Below the pieces are notes generated by a model. That model saw nothing but the letters and a program-made list of their open reading frames with translations, was not told where the DNA came from and did no database searches. 64,000 nucleotides of DNA from a virus (lineage: Duplodnaviria > Caudoviricetes), in the IMG/VR virus record IMGVR_UViG_3300010965_000001, positions 128,001 through 192,000 of that record. One strand, 5' to 3'. The position numbers were made by a program, and so were the translations under genes. Positions 22,501 through 32,968 of the stretch are shown here, in pieces (positions within the stretch are counted from its first letter, which is position 1; every line of letters begins with the position of its first letter).

Positions 22501-23372
22501 GAAAGAATTTCTGACGTGTTGGTCATACCTGTTAAGGTATCAAGACTCTTATATAAGTTATCGTCCGATAATTTAGAATGTGCGACTTTAATCGTGAAAT
22601 TTGGTTTCAACTTTATCGAATTGTCAAGTTCCGTTGATTTCTCACCAAAAATTTCTGTAGAAAATATGTTACTGTTTATCTTCTTTGAACAAATATAGCA
22701 AAACTGTTTAACATCAACAATTGTTGGTAATGAGTCATAGAATCGTGCAATAAGTGAATCCGAAGATTCTACTAAAATATTGGTCACGGTGAATAGATTG
22801 TCATTTCCAAAGTTTACAAACACGTTCTGACCAAATGACAAATCTGTACTGCTCTGCTTTCCACTTGTTAGTATAGAGTTAGTAGACAGTGATGGCATAT
22901 TTTTGAAATTGACTTTGCCATCATTTAACGTGTATTTGATTCGTGCTTCATTCCGTGAAGGAGATATATCAAAGGTAATAAGTTCATTGTATGCGTCAGT
23001 AGATACTTCCGCTTTTATGAAGTTAAATGTTAACTTAACTTTACCTGAGAAGAATGGCTGAAAGTCTGCGAAGAACTTTTCTGAGTTAAATGACAATGCT
23101 CCACCTCTATCAGTGGAAAAATAGTCATACATTGCATGTCCGCGGCTCTCAACGTATTTCCTTAGATTTGGAAAAGAGAATAACTGCGTAAAGGTTTCAT
23201 CGTCAGCATATACATGTAATTCAACGATGTCGTTATTGACATCACCAATATTCTTAGAATCCTTCGTTATCTGTAATAATTTTACATCAGTCGCAGATAT
23301 AGTTTCCGCTTCAATCACAGGAACAAGTGACGTTTTTATTTCATCTATATTTTTATAATCAAGTATTGACAT
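19581..23372 (-). CDS. Large baseplate wedge protein (gp7/P2 gpI-like region plus LamG-like domain)
   Basis: FLKSKGS..LLHAFANMLGI..IREYGG motif; position upstream of fibre-anchor genes. Confidence 0.6.
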   Translation of the reverse strand: MSILDYKNIDEIKTSLVPVIEAETISATDVKLLQITKDSKNIGDVNNDIVELHVYADDETFTQLFSFPNLRKYVESRGHAMYDYFSTDRGGALSFNSEKFFADFQPFFSGKVKLTFNFIKAEVSTDAYNELITFDISPSRNEARIKYTLNDGKVNFKNMPSLSTNSILTSGKQSSTDLSFGQNVFVNFGNDNLFTVTNILVESSDSLIARFYDSLPTIVDVKQFCYICSKKINSNIFSTEIFGEKSTELDNSIKLKPNFTIKVAHSKLSDDNLYKSLDTLTGMTNTSEILSNFSSSIDSLNVEYFDYNNFVYYSSAVKRLENFKNKLTNIQNYSADAAQYSSSIGLLIISGNPTVAVSQSLTKTNQLISDVISTFTPYEKYLYYESSSYVSSSLGETFNSSWPKLTSAKPYILYSVSSSTAQDWYDGQYASASLYDRQNISLLTNTVPTFIQEDEQNTDYMVFINMVAEYFDELHLYIQHITSKDIHGLKENTGISNGLITKFIEQFGSELITDIDTDDLGTFLLNNAGDDTSIRTLPTAVKKNVLLKRFFSNIVFFLKSKGSYQLLHAFANMLGIDRDYYEIREYGGPDVTARQMDVTVVPETAVDYTNLVYSLRFDGSQNVNLLWKTYNSKTPDSIVFKFKLNNGLPVTQSLLTTDGFAIKAVKTGWKSTTGMLQFTINGNTVSTEEIPVFNGAFWNVMFQRSISTSNPTASQTYTLKTNTINSDTINFYVSASLITSSSLINGAYISSSILNVGSGSLVGNVTDLKLFTEVLRDDIFQRHSLSQIYLIGNDVTSSAQSLVTHIRFDENKNLALTSSIYDANVSSFGKNHGTASGFVGNTFEQRYEKNIVRLNTTAFSGRPTSNKIRIANNYVTHSDGKVYLSRHESIEPSSLTKYGKDLNKADFIFSPTNIENKQIIMFLNPDVTDYIADPKFMIDEVGAYTDLENIYKYYRTYNPAVPLQNYVDNAYQLSKTLFRNIHQFNSERTILNAGISIEPNILERTNIVMVKSVKIENVTYTSSIVGMVPTLYPEYIYFTSSVNVAPDTLKSEYILFTSLIDVMPSDPIGSFTDYTTFVNVTDNIIFGDNEFKGEGIASHRFLEQGIKPRIVQQATSSNANLDTVSFYTTFATTAPLYEYGTMSIILPISDFKETREYTGSIGWYIKRNSAMEPLYITSSTGQILTASIHYEPNHIKHYIYRSAGQMAYYNGTTTQGPENPNGATTLNGDQVIEVTFISPNIATVNTQDIDKPRLKVDGVDLDL

Positions 23373-23377
23373 AATTT

Positions 23378-23941
23378 TTATATTGGTAATACTAATCCAG
23401 GTCCTACAGGTGTGACCACTGGTTGTGCTAATAAATATTGAACTTGTGCCGCTGAGGCAATTCCATTTTGAACTTTATTTGCAATTTCTATGATACACGC
23501 GTCACCTTGTGACAACTTAATAAACTCATTTTGAATTGTTTGTGCCGCGTAATTCTGTGCGGCTAAAATCAATCCTCTACCAAATGCACCAAAAAGTGCG
23601 GCTACTGCAGGTGCAGGAATATCAAATGCTTTCAAGAATGACAAGTCAGGGACTTGTGGTAACTGTGGAGCACCTGGAATTTGTGGTAAATTATTGTTAT
23701 TTTGATTCAATACAGGGCATCTATTTGTCTTTAACCGTGCATTAACACTTGCCGCGTTCTTTAATCCATCTAAAGGGTCACCATCCCCATTCAACACATC
23801 GTCAAATGATATTGGAAGTAACGTATCAAGTGGATTTTCGGGGGCAACGTAACTTGCACTTGCCTGTAAATAAGTATCAAATGTCGATAAAAGATTTCCA
23901 GTATTAGTGGAAGGATATATACAATATGTTGTTAGTGTCAT
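23378..23941 (-). CDS. Hypothetical structural protein
   Basis: ORF track; abuts both neighbours. Confidence 0.6.
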   Translation of the reverse strand: MTLTTYCIYPSTNTGNLLSTFDTYLQASASYVAPENPLDTLLPISFDDVLNGDGDPLDGLKNAASVNARLKTNRCPVLNQNNNNLPQIPGAPQLPQVPDLSFLKAFDIPAPAVAALFGAFGRGLILAAQNYAAQTIQNEFIKLSQGDACIIEIANKVQNGIASAAQVQYLLAQPVVTPVGPGLVLPI

Positions 23942-26900
23942 TATCTATATCTCATATTAACAGAAACTGCGGTGAATTTAAAGTTAATTGAACTTCCAGG
24001 TGCAATACTAAATAACTGTATCATTCCTGTGAATGTGTTTCCTGCCGTCAATCCTCTTTCTTTTTCTGGAAATGTACCATCGCCAGTATCATAATTTGTA
24101 AACGGTGACGTTATTGTCGTTGTTCCAAAATTCTTTTCATAAATATTTGGAGTTGGTGTACTTCCTTCACCAAAAACACGTCCTGGTTCTGTTTCATACC
24201 ATGAACCGTTCACTGTTGGTGTTACAGCGTCTCTAAGATAAACAGGTGTAAATATATCCGCCATTACTTGTGTATTGAATTTACTTACTTCCCATCCAAA
24301 TGGAGGAATGTAAATCCAAGTATTCGCGTGAATGTACGATATACCATTTTTAGCACTGTTCTGTCCATGTCCATAATAGAATATGGTTGGATGTAAAAAA
24401 TATCCTGAACCATCTACTGGAGGCGTGTATCCTTTTTGTTTGCTTGACGGCCAATTGAGTTTATCAAGTTTTGCAATATTCTCAAAAATTGGAAGTGCCG
24501 TTCCATTGGTAACAAGTGTTGGCAAAGATACACCATTAGAGTACCACTTGTACGTGTCCATCACCGTAATATAATCTGATACTCCTGTCTGTACAGGCGC
24601 GTTTACTTTTGCCAATGCTTCTATGATAAGACTGATATTGGTAAAGTATTGCACCATTAGATTTGTTGCCTTATGCATGACGGTCAATACTTTTTCAGAA
24701 TAAGAAGTACCGTTGAACACACGTTTTTCATTTGTCACAACTTGTGTGATATATACGGACTGTGTTGATAAACTTGCATCAATCATGTTAAACAAATCAG
24801 TGAATCCCTGTAATATAAACTTCATATCGTTGGATTTACTTATCAAATATTCAAGTGGAAATACTTTTAACTCTGGTCTTGCTTGTTTGTCTGCCATATC
24901 AGAAAATATCTTAGGAAACTTATTTATTGCAAAGTCAAATGCAAGAACCATATTGTAATTTATATCTTTTGAATCTATGGTATCTACCGTTCCTAACAAA
25001 ACAGACAACAAATTTTTAACTTTTGTTGAAGTTTTATTGTTTAATATTTTCTCACTGAAATCAAACAACGAACACCAAGGTAACTGCGGAGGATTTTGTG
25101 GTTTAGGCCACTTACCTTCCGATGGGTTCTGCATATGAAAATCATTGAAAATAGTTTGATAATATTTAGTTGTTGTCCTATCTGACCAATTTTTGTTCAA
25201 TTCCCAATTTGTATATGGAACTGATGTTATTCGTAACGATTCTTGAAAATTTGTCTGTGGTATTGATATTAAAATCATATTCAGAACTTGAATGTAATTT
25301 ATATAAAAATTGGCATAGATGTTTTCCAATGCAGATGTTGATAAATTTGACAAATTGAATTGTGTTATCAACGTTACCCAATTTACCTCTGTTTGGTATT
25401 TGGTTAAAAGTAAATTACTTTCAATCAATCCTTTAAGAGAGTTATTGTATGTGTCTGCGTTATACCCATAAAAATTATCTAATGTTTTCTCTAATCCCAT
25501 TAAAAAGTTTAACTGCTTACTCATTTGAATGCTCAGCGTGTTAATGTTCGCATTTAATTTAGAATTCATGTCCGTCAATTGAGTGTTTATATCAGACAAT
25601 ACAGATGGGTCACTGTAATCAAGTCGTGGATTTTCATAAATAAATCGCAACTCATGTGAATTTTCATCCTCTGTACCACCACTTCTAAACGGTGACTGTG
25701 GTATTCCATCTACAACAGTTCCCTTTAATGAATTCATATAATGATAACTACCATTGTATGGTTGTCCATCAAGTGTGAATATTGAACTGTTTGACGTTAG
25801 ATTACTGTAATCCTTGTCACCCTTCAATATTAAGTTAACATACACAATTTCATTCTTCTTAATTATTTCTTTATTTAGTGTTGTAACCTCATTTTTATTA
25901 TTAATCAATTCGGTATATGAATCTCCAACAGTTATTTTTGGAGTATTTTGCTTTATCATTGCCGACACATCAACATATTGTATATATGGTTTTGATACGG
26001 TTGGCGCAGAATTTTGTGTGATAACAGTTGTTCCGCCACCGACCACATCACCAATAACAGTTGATACTGTAGTGAATGTCCACCACGTTGACGGATACTT
26101 ACCCATTGATAAATAATTTCCAAGTCCATCATCTAATAGATAATCTACTTTACCTCTCCACTTATACACCTTATCCTTGACAAGAGTTGCTGTCACCGAT
26201 GGAAATTTAAGAAGAGTGTATGATTTTATATCATTTGGTGAACCATCTGGATATATTTCAATTGTATATTGCTTTACAACTTTTTTGGATTGACCGTCTG
26301 GTGCATTATACATCAACAATGTATGTTGTCCAGAATCAACCTGTATCTGTGTATCGTATGGAGAATTTGGTGTTAACACTGGTGCTTCATCGATTGGCGT
26401 GGTTGTTCCATCACCATCTTCTCTACCAAGTACTACATCTGTTCCACCAGTACCAGTCTTTGCATTTAAAGACAAATCTGTAGTTGTAAAATTACGTATA
26501 ATACTCCACGCACCTGCTCCAGCGTTATTCGATGCTCTTACTCTCCAATAATATTTAGTAGCATTCTGTAATCCCTGTGCAGTAACTGCGGTAGTTGCTA
26601 TACCATTAACATTCATTGGAAGTACATTTGCTTCAAATGTATTCGTCTTGGAAACTTGAACTTGATATGCAAGTGCAGAAGGTGCTGCGTTCCATGACAA
26701 TCCACCAGTTGCAGGGATATTCTTGCTATCATTCAATGGTAATTTCAATGTAGGAGCAGATGGTATTCCACTTGGTGTTGGTGGGGGAGGCAATACCTTA
26801 TTACCCGTTGTAGTGAACTGTGCTCTTGCCCATTCACTTGCCACACCAGATGCACCAATTGCACGAACTTCCCACCAATAATCGGCACCGTCTTCTAAAT

Positions 26901-28803
26901 CAAATATACTTGAAAATCCGACTATGCCAGTCTTACCAGCGTAACCACCGCCGTAACTCGCGTCTGCATATATTCTAACTTCATAACTCGTTGCCGCAGG
27001 TGAACCGTTCCACTTGAATAATATTCCCTTAGAATTCACGTTAGTCAGTAATGTCGGTCCAACTATTTCTGGCATAGGTGGAGGAGGATTTACTGGTGCA
27101 GGCGGTAATTCAACTGAAGTTGCAACCGAAGGTGTGTTAAAAAATATAACTGGAGTTGACGGTTGACTTGCTACGCCCATTGAGTTTACCGCTGTAATAG
27201 TTGCTTCATACTGACTTCCCAATACCAAGTCTACGATGTCTGCCGTTGTTGACATTGCCCCATAAAATGGATATTCACTCCACTGTGGGGAACTACCAAA
27301 TCTCAATTTAAGTATATACGATGCCGCATCCAATACTGAATTCCATTGGAATGAAGATACCAATTTACCAGAAGGAGATGTTGAAAATCTCACCGTTGGA
27401 TTGAGTGATGGAGTTATAGGTACACCCGGCTCAGTTGGTGGAGGTGTTGTCGTTGTCATGGATGGTGTATGAAACTGCGTCCACGTTGGTCCAAATGACC
27501 CATAGCCATAAATATTACCAGACTGAACGTTATATTCATATGCCGTGTCGGGCGTTAATGTATAATTTGTCGCAGTGGTTGCCATTGCACCAATAGTGGT
27601 GATATATGTTACTGGCTGGTCGGAATTTGCTCTGTGATATTGTAAGTTATACTTGTCCGCACCAGGTTGCATGCTCCACTCAAATACGGTCTGAACTTTA
27701 CCATCAACAATAGTTGTTTGTGGTACTTTTTTGACAGGTGGAAGTGGCACAGTTGCCGTTGGTGTAGGTGGTGGTTGTGTTACAGTTCCATTAGATGTTG
27801 TAAATGTATTAACTACCCAATCACTTTTTACTCCAGTACCACCAACAGAACGAACTCTCCAATATATCAATCGATTTGGGTCAAAACCCGTATCTGATTG
27901 ATTTACAACAGTTGATGTATTTACAGTTGTTATGAATACAGTGTCTCCATCAAAATACGGATTCAAATCAAGTTCAACCTCATATGTCGTAGCACCTTGT
28001 GCTGGAATCCATGCAAGAGAAATAGTTGTACTTCCTACCACCTGCCCGTTGATAGGGGAATTGAGTGTTGGCGGTAACAATGGTGGTAATGGTGGAACAT
28101 CCACCAATGCCTGTGCAGTGTTTCCCGTAGTAAATGAATATACATCTGACCAAGGGCTTCCTGTTCCACTTGCCGTAGTACTTCCCTCCGACATAACTCT
28201 CCAGTAATATGTCGTGTTTGGTTTCAATCCTCTATATGTTTTATTTGGTGTAGAACTATCCACCACAAATTGCGTTCCAATTTCTCTAAACGGGTCTATC
28301 GGGACTTCGAAAAATTTCGATGTTCCGTTTGTTTGCATATACCAACCTGTTGACGTATACACAAAATATGGGTCTGTAAATAATTGAACGTAATAACGTG
28401 CGGCTTGTACTGGTTGCCATTCAACAGTATAACCACCCGTTGACGGATTCGTAGAAACATTAGTAGCACCATTTGATGGTGACAATAATATAGGAGTGGT
28501 AGCCTCACCAACTTTGGTTGTTCTGAAATGATATACATCCGAACGTGGACTTTGCCCATGCTCATTTTCTGCCCACACCTGCCAATAGTAATCAAGAAAT
28601 TCACCTAACCCATAAGTATATTTAGACTTTGGCAAGGTGTTGTAGTCGTACACTACACTATTTTGCATGTCGGGCGTGGTGGACACCAACGTGTAATATG
28701 CGGCGGCACCAGGTGATTCTGTCATAATAAATTGCACATTGGATACAGTCGTTAAATCATTTTCTGCTGGATACACAATGGTTGGAGTAATTGGAATAGC
28801 CAT
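23941..28803 (-). CDS. 1620-aa fibronectin type III repeat virion protein with Pro-rich linkers
   Basis: Repeated W...GA..Y.V...YYWRVRA FN3 pattern (about 7 copies) joined by PPPP linkers. Confidence 0.75.
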   Translation of the reverse strand: MAIPITPTIVYPAENDLTTVSNVQFIMTESPGAAAYYTLVSTTPDMQNSVVYDYNTLPKSKYTYGLGEFLDYYWQVWAENEHGQSPRSDVYHFRTTKVGEATTPILLSPSNGATNVSTNPSTGGYTVEWQPVQAARYYVQLFTDPYFVYTSTGWYMQTNGTSKFFEVPIDPFREIGTQFVVDSSTPNKTYRGLKPNTTYYWRVMSEGSTTASGTGSPWSDVYSFTTGNTAQALVDVPPLPPLLPPTLNSPINGQVVGSTTISLAWIPAQGATTYEVELDLNPYFDGDTVFITTVNTSTVVNQSDTGFDPNRLIYWRVRSVGGTGVKSDWVVNTFTTSNGTVTQPPPTPTATVPLPPVKKVPQTTIVDGKVQTVFEWSMQPGADKYNLQYHRANSDQPVTYITTIGAMATTATNYTLTPDTAYEYNVQSGNIYGYGSFGPTWTQFHTPSMTTTTPPPTEPGVPITPSLNPTVRFSTSPSGKLVSSFQWNSVLDAASYILKLRFGSSPQWSEYPFYGAMSTTADIVDLVLGSQYEATITAVNSMGVASQPSTPVIFFNTPSVATSVELPPAPVNPPPPMPEIVGPTLLTNVNSKGILFKWNGSPAATSYEVRIYADASYGGGYAGKTGIVGFSSIFDLEDGADYWWEVRAIGASGVASEWARAQFTTTGNKVLPPPPTPSGIPSAPTLKLPLNDSKNIPATGGLSWNAAPSALAYQVQVSKTNTFEANVLPMNVNGIATTAVTAQGLQNATKYYWRVRASNNAGAGAWSIIRNFTTTDLSLNAKTGTGGTDVVLGREDGDGTTTPIDEAPVLTPNSPYDTQIQVDSGQHTLLMYNAPDGQSKKVVKQYTIEIYPDGSPNDIKSYTLLKFPSVTATLVKDKVYKWRGKVDYLLDDGLGNYLSMGKYPSTWWTFTTVSTVIGDVVGGGTTVITQNSAPTVSKPYIQYVDVSAMIKQNTPKITVGDSYTELINNKNEVTTLNKEIIKKNEIVYVNLILKGDKDYSNLTSNSSIFTLDGQPYNGSYHYMNSLKGTVVDGIPQSPFRSGGTEDENSHELRFIYENPRLDYSDPSVLSDINTQLTDMNSKLNANINTLSIQMSKQLNFLMGLEKTLDNFYGYNADTYNNSLKGLIESNLLLTKYQTEVNWVTLITQFNLSNLSTSALENIYANFYINYIQVLNMILISIPQTNFQESLRITSVPYTNWELNKNWSDRTTTKYYQTIFNDFHMQNPSEGKWPKPQNPPQLPWCSLFDFSEKILNNKTSTKVKNLLSVLLGTVDTIDSKDINYNMVLAFDFAINKFPKIFSDMADKQARPELKVFPLEYLISKSNDMKFILQGFTDLFNMIDASLSTQSVYITQVVTNEKRVFNGTSYSEKVLTVMHKATNLMVQYFTNISLIIEALAKVNAPVQTGVSDYITVMDTYKWYSNGVSLPTLVTNGTALPIFENIAKLDKLNWPSSKQKGYTPPVDGSGYFLHPTIFYYGHGQNSAKNGISYIHANTWIYIPPFGWEVSKFNTQVMADIFTPVYLRDAVTPTVNGSWYETEPGRVFGEGSTPTPNIYEKNFGTTTITSPFTNYDTGDGTFPEKERGLTAGNTFTGMIQLFSIAPGSSINFKFTAVSVNMRYR

Positions 28804-28845
28804 TTATTTTTCCTTTATTTACGATGTTGGTGTTACGTTACTATT

Positions 28846-29487
28846 TTATGTATCGATTGCTCTTCCACCACCAGGAGGAGGTGCCGTTGGAATATAAGTT
28901 GGTGTAGCGTTAAACGTCTTTAAGTCTATCTTTTGATTTTCGACTAAGAATGCGTTAATTCCTTCTTGCACTATATCATTATTAAATGACTCATAATTTC
29001 CAATGAATGCTTGTAATGCTGGACTGTATTTTGTTATATTATCACCACTCATCATAAAGTCTGTTAACGATTTTGTCATTCCACCCAACACACCACCGAA
29101 GGAATTGATGATTGTGACGGATGCGTTAAGTTGTTCGTTCAACTGTATAATTCTATTTCGTAATGTGTCATTTTGAAGTAATAATGCTTCTATTTCGTTT
29201 GGAGAATATTGTGCACTATCACCAGTTAAATAATTTACACTGTTTGCTACTAAGTATGCGTGTGTTTTATATGTGGTATTATTCGCGTCAACAGGCACTC
29301 CTGTCGGCGGCACTTTGTTTATCTTGCCAGGGTCAATACTGTCTTTTAGTTTATCATACAATCTAAACAGCGTATCAATCTCATCTTCACCTGCCAACTC
29401 AAATATAGTGTCATCAATGATATTTTCTTCATTGATATTTGGTGGAGGTGGATTATACAATTCACTTTTAAATGGTGTGTCTGCCAT
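28846..29487 (-). CDS. Hypothetical structural protein (coiled coil)
   Basis: ORF track; ends in PPPGGGRAIDT. Confidence 0.6.
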   Translation of the reverse strand: MADTPFKSELYNPPPPNINEENIIDDTIFELAGEDEIDTLFRLYDKLKDSIDPGKINKVPPTGVPVDANNTTYKTHAYLVANSVNYLTGDSAQYSPNEIEALLLQNDTLRNRIIQLNEQLNASVTIINSFGGVLGGMTKSLTDFMMSGDNITKYSPALQAFIGNYESFNNDIVQEGINAFLVENQKIDLKTFNATPTYIPTAPPPGGGRAIDT

Positions 29488-29488
29488 A

Positions 29489-30568
29489 TTATCTTCCTAC
29501 TTTAAAGTAAAATTTATCATCTAAAATAATTGTATTTGCCGTATTCTCTACCTTCAATACAAACTTATAATACCGTTCAGGTTGAAGACCACTCATATCA
29601 AAATTGAAATAATTAATTGTTCCATCACAACTTAACTTCGTAGAATTTACGTCGAATGGAATCAACACTTCTTCTGTATGTGCATCCATTACGGAGTAGT
29701 AAGAAGTTTGTGGAAGTGCCTGTCCAATTAAATAACGTGAACTTGTAACGAACGCTCTTGCTGGGTATCTTCCTCTTGCAAACACATCTACTCTTGCAAC
29801 TTCAGATGTCTTATATTCCGCTTTCAGTTGATTCATTGAAATCAATGTGTGGTTAATATCCGCCAATGCCAAACTACCTGTAGCATATGAAGAATCATCC
29901 CACTTTACTTGAAGTAATGGTGGGTAGATTGTATGTGTATCTCTTGAAAAGAAATTAAGAGAACCGTATTCATTTCCATCTGCTTCGAATGCGGCAGGAA
30001 ATTTTAAAATAAATCCGTAATTAGGTGTGCTTCCGCTTATCCAAGCATTTACTATCTGCGTTACATCCATTAGAATGTCAGATGTTTCATATGAGAATGC
30101 CTGCGATGCTGATGGTGATGCTGCCCACGTTCCACCCTGTAATGTCGTATCTACGGGTAGTCCACCAACCCACGGAGTAACACCATCCGTGAAATTCCAA
30201 CTCACACCATCTATGATGATTGGATTTGCAAATCTATTTCCCATTCCCATTTGCCAATCTTGCGATACAGGATGTGCTTCAAGATTATACTTGATTTTCA
30301 TTCTGTCCGCATGGGTTGTACTAAGTTTTAAATAAAATGCAGGATTGGTAATTCTACCTGATGCAACTGAGCTTGAAATGTCCGTGATGTCGAATTTAAT
30401 TAATGGACGAGCAATCGATGCGGATACTGCGGTAGTCTCAGTCAACGTCCCTACATTAATTTTAAGAAAACTTTTACGGATTTCTAAAATCTCATCAAGA
30501 CCTGTATTTAATGTCGGAATGTCATTATATATCGTAGCATCTGATTCTACGAAAGTACTTTTAATCAT
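29489..30568 (-). CDS. DNRLRE-domain-like virion protein
   Basis: ESDATIY..LNTGLDEILEI..LIKFD..MDVTQIVNAW..NYGFILK..FFSRD..YPPLL pattern. Confidence 0.65.
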   Translation of the reverse strand: MIKSTFVESDATIYNDIPTLNTGLDEILEIRKSFLKINVGTLTETTAVSASIARPLIKFDITDISSSVASGRITNPAFYLKLSTTHADRMKIKYNLEAHPVSQDWQMGMGNRFANPIIIDGVSWNFTDGVTPWVGGLPVDTTLQGGTWAASPSASQAFSYETSDILMDVTQIVNAWISGSTPNYGFILKFPAAFEADGNEYGSLNFFSRDTHTIYPPLLQVKWDDSSYATGSLALADINHTLISMNQLKAEYKTSEVARVDVFARGRYPARAFVTSSRYLIGQALPQTSYYSVMDAHTEEVLIPFDVNSTKLSCDGTINYFNFDMSGLQPERYYKFVLKVENTANTIILDDKFYFKVGR

Positions 30569-30578
30569 TGGTTACTCC

Positions 30579-32540
30579 TTAGTAATTTACTACACGACCA
30601 GTTATGTCTTGATTTGGGAACTTTATTTCAAATATACTTGCGTCCGCCGCTGGATAAATAATTCCACCATCTGGTGAGAATGCCGCGGTGATACCACCTT
30701 CATATGATGCATTTGAATAATTACCACCGACTTTATTTGTAACTTTGACCGATGGAACCGACTGTACACCGTTGACTAATGAAATCAAATTATAAATTTC
30801 CGACATGATAATCGGTTTGTTGATTTGCATATTGTCATTGTTAAAGTAATCTTTTAATGCTAAAATACAACGAAGTAATACTTCATTTTGATTGTAATTC
30901 TTCAACACAACGATGGAGAAGTCTACTCCAATGTTGATTATGTATGCGTCCATCAAATTCAATGAATCACCGAGCATCCGATAGAATCCCAAGTATTGTG
31001 TTAAATTATATTTGGTTGCCGCGTTTACTTTCACAAAGTTCTTTGCACTGTCATATGCCAAACAATACAAGTTAATTGCCATTGGATTGTCTGTAGACGG
31101 TGGAGTTGGAAGTACCGCCGTTGTAGGTGTGCTGTTTCCAATCTCAGTATCAATTGCTCTTCCACCGCCAGCGGGTGGTTGAGTTGGAGTATACGTATTG
31201 ACAATTGGTGTGGATGAATGAATTTGGTCATCTCTAATCGCAAATACTTTTGCAATACTTCCAAGTTTTTGTGGAAGTGCCAATGTACGAATCATGTAAT
31301 CTTGAGCAGTTACACATCGATTCTGTGCGTTGAAATACGCCATTGCGTTCTGTCGAATCTCTTCATCCGATTCTGCCTCTCTACCGCCCTGTGCAGGTTC
31401 TTCATTCGTTGCGGTGATACTATTTTGAACAAATGTAAGAATTCCACTATTTAATCCAGTTGAATTCATCTCACCAAGTTGGATGGATTGTAACTCCGTT
31501 ATACTTCCTGCACTCACGTTTGACTGAAATCCTCCACCAGCATAATAACGAACCGTCAATGTAACATCAGAGGGAACTTCACCATTTGCCTTCATATAAA
31601 GAAAGTTAGTAGGGTCCAATGCTCTGTTGTTTACGGCGGTTGTTTCGAATCCACTGTTAATTGTTTCTTGATTTGCAAACAATATTGAGTCTGCATCAAT
31701 AGCAACACCCGAACCAAACATCAATTCGGTTGTATTATCCACGTTAACTTTCTTAACAAACTTTTTATTGGTTAAGATGTAATTTAACAAATATGGTGTT
31801 TCACGTTCGAATGCAGAAAATACATTATACATACTTGCGTTATTTTCATTGAGTTGTAATATAGTCTGTTGTGCAAGGTATGGAACTTCATACCACACAT
31901 AACCACGACTATCTACCACGTCCATAATTTCAATAACATCCGTTCTATTAATTTTTATAGATGGATTTGGTTGTGTGTTCTGTGGAAAGTAAAATGTTTC
32001 CGTAATCAACGACCCCGCAGACGCCATTACTTTTTGTTTTAATAACCAATATGGGTCTTGATATAAATCTGCGGATGCACCTAACGAAGAAGTCATTGCA
32101 AAATTAACATCTGTAAGAGTTCTAAACGTTACTCCACCAGAAGTTCCTATCAACGAATTTGCCTTAATGGTCATAGCGTAATCTAAGTCTGGATATGCAC
32201 CACTTCCTGTGCCTGGTACCAACTGATACAAACTTAACTGCGTTGCCGCGGGTGTAATATTCTTATGAGTATAACCCAACATGTTTGCAATCTGAATAAT
32301 ATTTTCACGTTCCGTCGCCGTCTGAATGTATGTCTCTTGAATCTGCTTATCAATATAGAATGAAAGTAAGTCACCAACATACGCCGTCATTTCAATAAAC
32401 ATCGTTCCAGGTGAAGCAGGTGAAAAATCATTTCCTGTCGTTGGGAAATATGTCTTGGCATAATTAAACAAATCTTCTCTAATCTTTGAGAAATCTTTGT
32501 TGTAATAATTTATTCGGGTGTTGTTGTTTGGAGTTGCCAT
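30579..32540 (-). CDS. Baseplate wedge subunit (T4 gp6/baseplate J-like)
   Basis: DFSPASPGTMFIEMTAYVGDLLSFY; GGREAES..EIRQNA..QNRCVT.QDY. Confidence 0.85.
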   Translation of the reverse strand: MATPNNNTRINYYNKDFSKIREDLFNYAKTYFPTTGNDFSPASPGTMFIEMTAYVGDLLSFYIDKQIQETYIQTATERENIIQIANMLGYTHKNITPAATQLSLYQLVPGTGSGAYPDLDYAMTIKANSLIGTSGGVTFRTLTDVNFAMTSSLGASADLYQDPYWLLKQKVMASAGSLITETFYFPQNTQPNPSIKINRTDVIEIMDVVDSRGYVWYEVPYLAQQTILQLNENNASMYNVFSAFERETPYLLNYILTNKKFVKKVNVDNTTELMFGSGVAIDADSILFANQETINSGFETTAVNNRALDPTNFLYMKANGEVPSDVTLTVRYYAGGGFQSNVSAGSITELQSIQLGEMNSTGLNSGILTFVQNSITATNEEPAQGGREAESDEEIRQNAMAYFNAQNRCVTAQDYMIRTLALPQKLGSIAKVFAIRDDQIHSSTPIVNTYTPTQPPAGGGRAIDTEIGNSTPTTAVLPTPPSTDNPMAINLYCLAYDSAKNFVKVNAATKYNLTQYLGFYRMLGDSLNLMDAYIINIGVDFSIVVLKNYNQNEVLLRCILALKDYFNNDNMQINKPIIMSEIYNLISLVNGVQSVPSVKVTNKVGGNYSNASYEGGITAAFSPDGGIIYPAADASIFEIKFPNQDITGRVVNY

Positions 32541-32542
32541 TG

Positions 32543-32968
32543 TTATCCTAAATTAGTATTAAGTGTGAGACTCACAGTTTGTTGTGGTGCGGCACCGAAC
32601 AACGTGTTGCTTGAGTTTTTCAATCTAAAAGTTACATCAATGTCAATTCGATAGTTGTTGTTATCGGGAAATGTTACATCGATTAAAAGTACGTCAACAT
32701 ATGGAAAATACAAATCCATCAAATTTTGAATATTGGAAATGATTGTTGCAGTAACATCTTGCTCCGAAGTTATCTGCTCAAATAACAATCGATGTAGTTG
32801 TGAACCAAAACCAACGTTCATCCTACGTTCACCAACCATTGTAAGAAGTAAATTCTTTATGTTAGAATATGCTTGGTCAATCGTTGAAAAGTTTTGATTA
32901 AAATATCCCAAGTTACCTCTTGTCAAGGGAAGTTTCAAACCAACTGCTATTTTATTATTAGTTGCCAT
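32543..32968 (-). CDS. Baseplate gp25-like protein
   Basis: NIKNLLLTMVGERRMNVGFGSQL..LFE motif. Confidence 0.85.
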   Translation of the reverse strand: MATNNKIAVGLKLPLTRGNLGYFNQNFSTIDQAYSNIKNLLLTMVGERRMNVGFGSQLHRLLFEQITSEQDVTATIISNIQNLMDLYFPYVDVLLIDVTFPDNNNYRIDIDVTFRLKNSSNTLFGAAPQQTVSLTLNTNLG

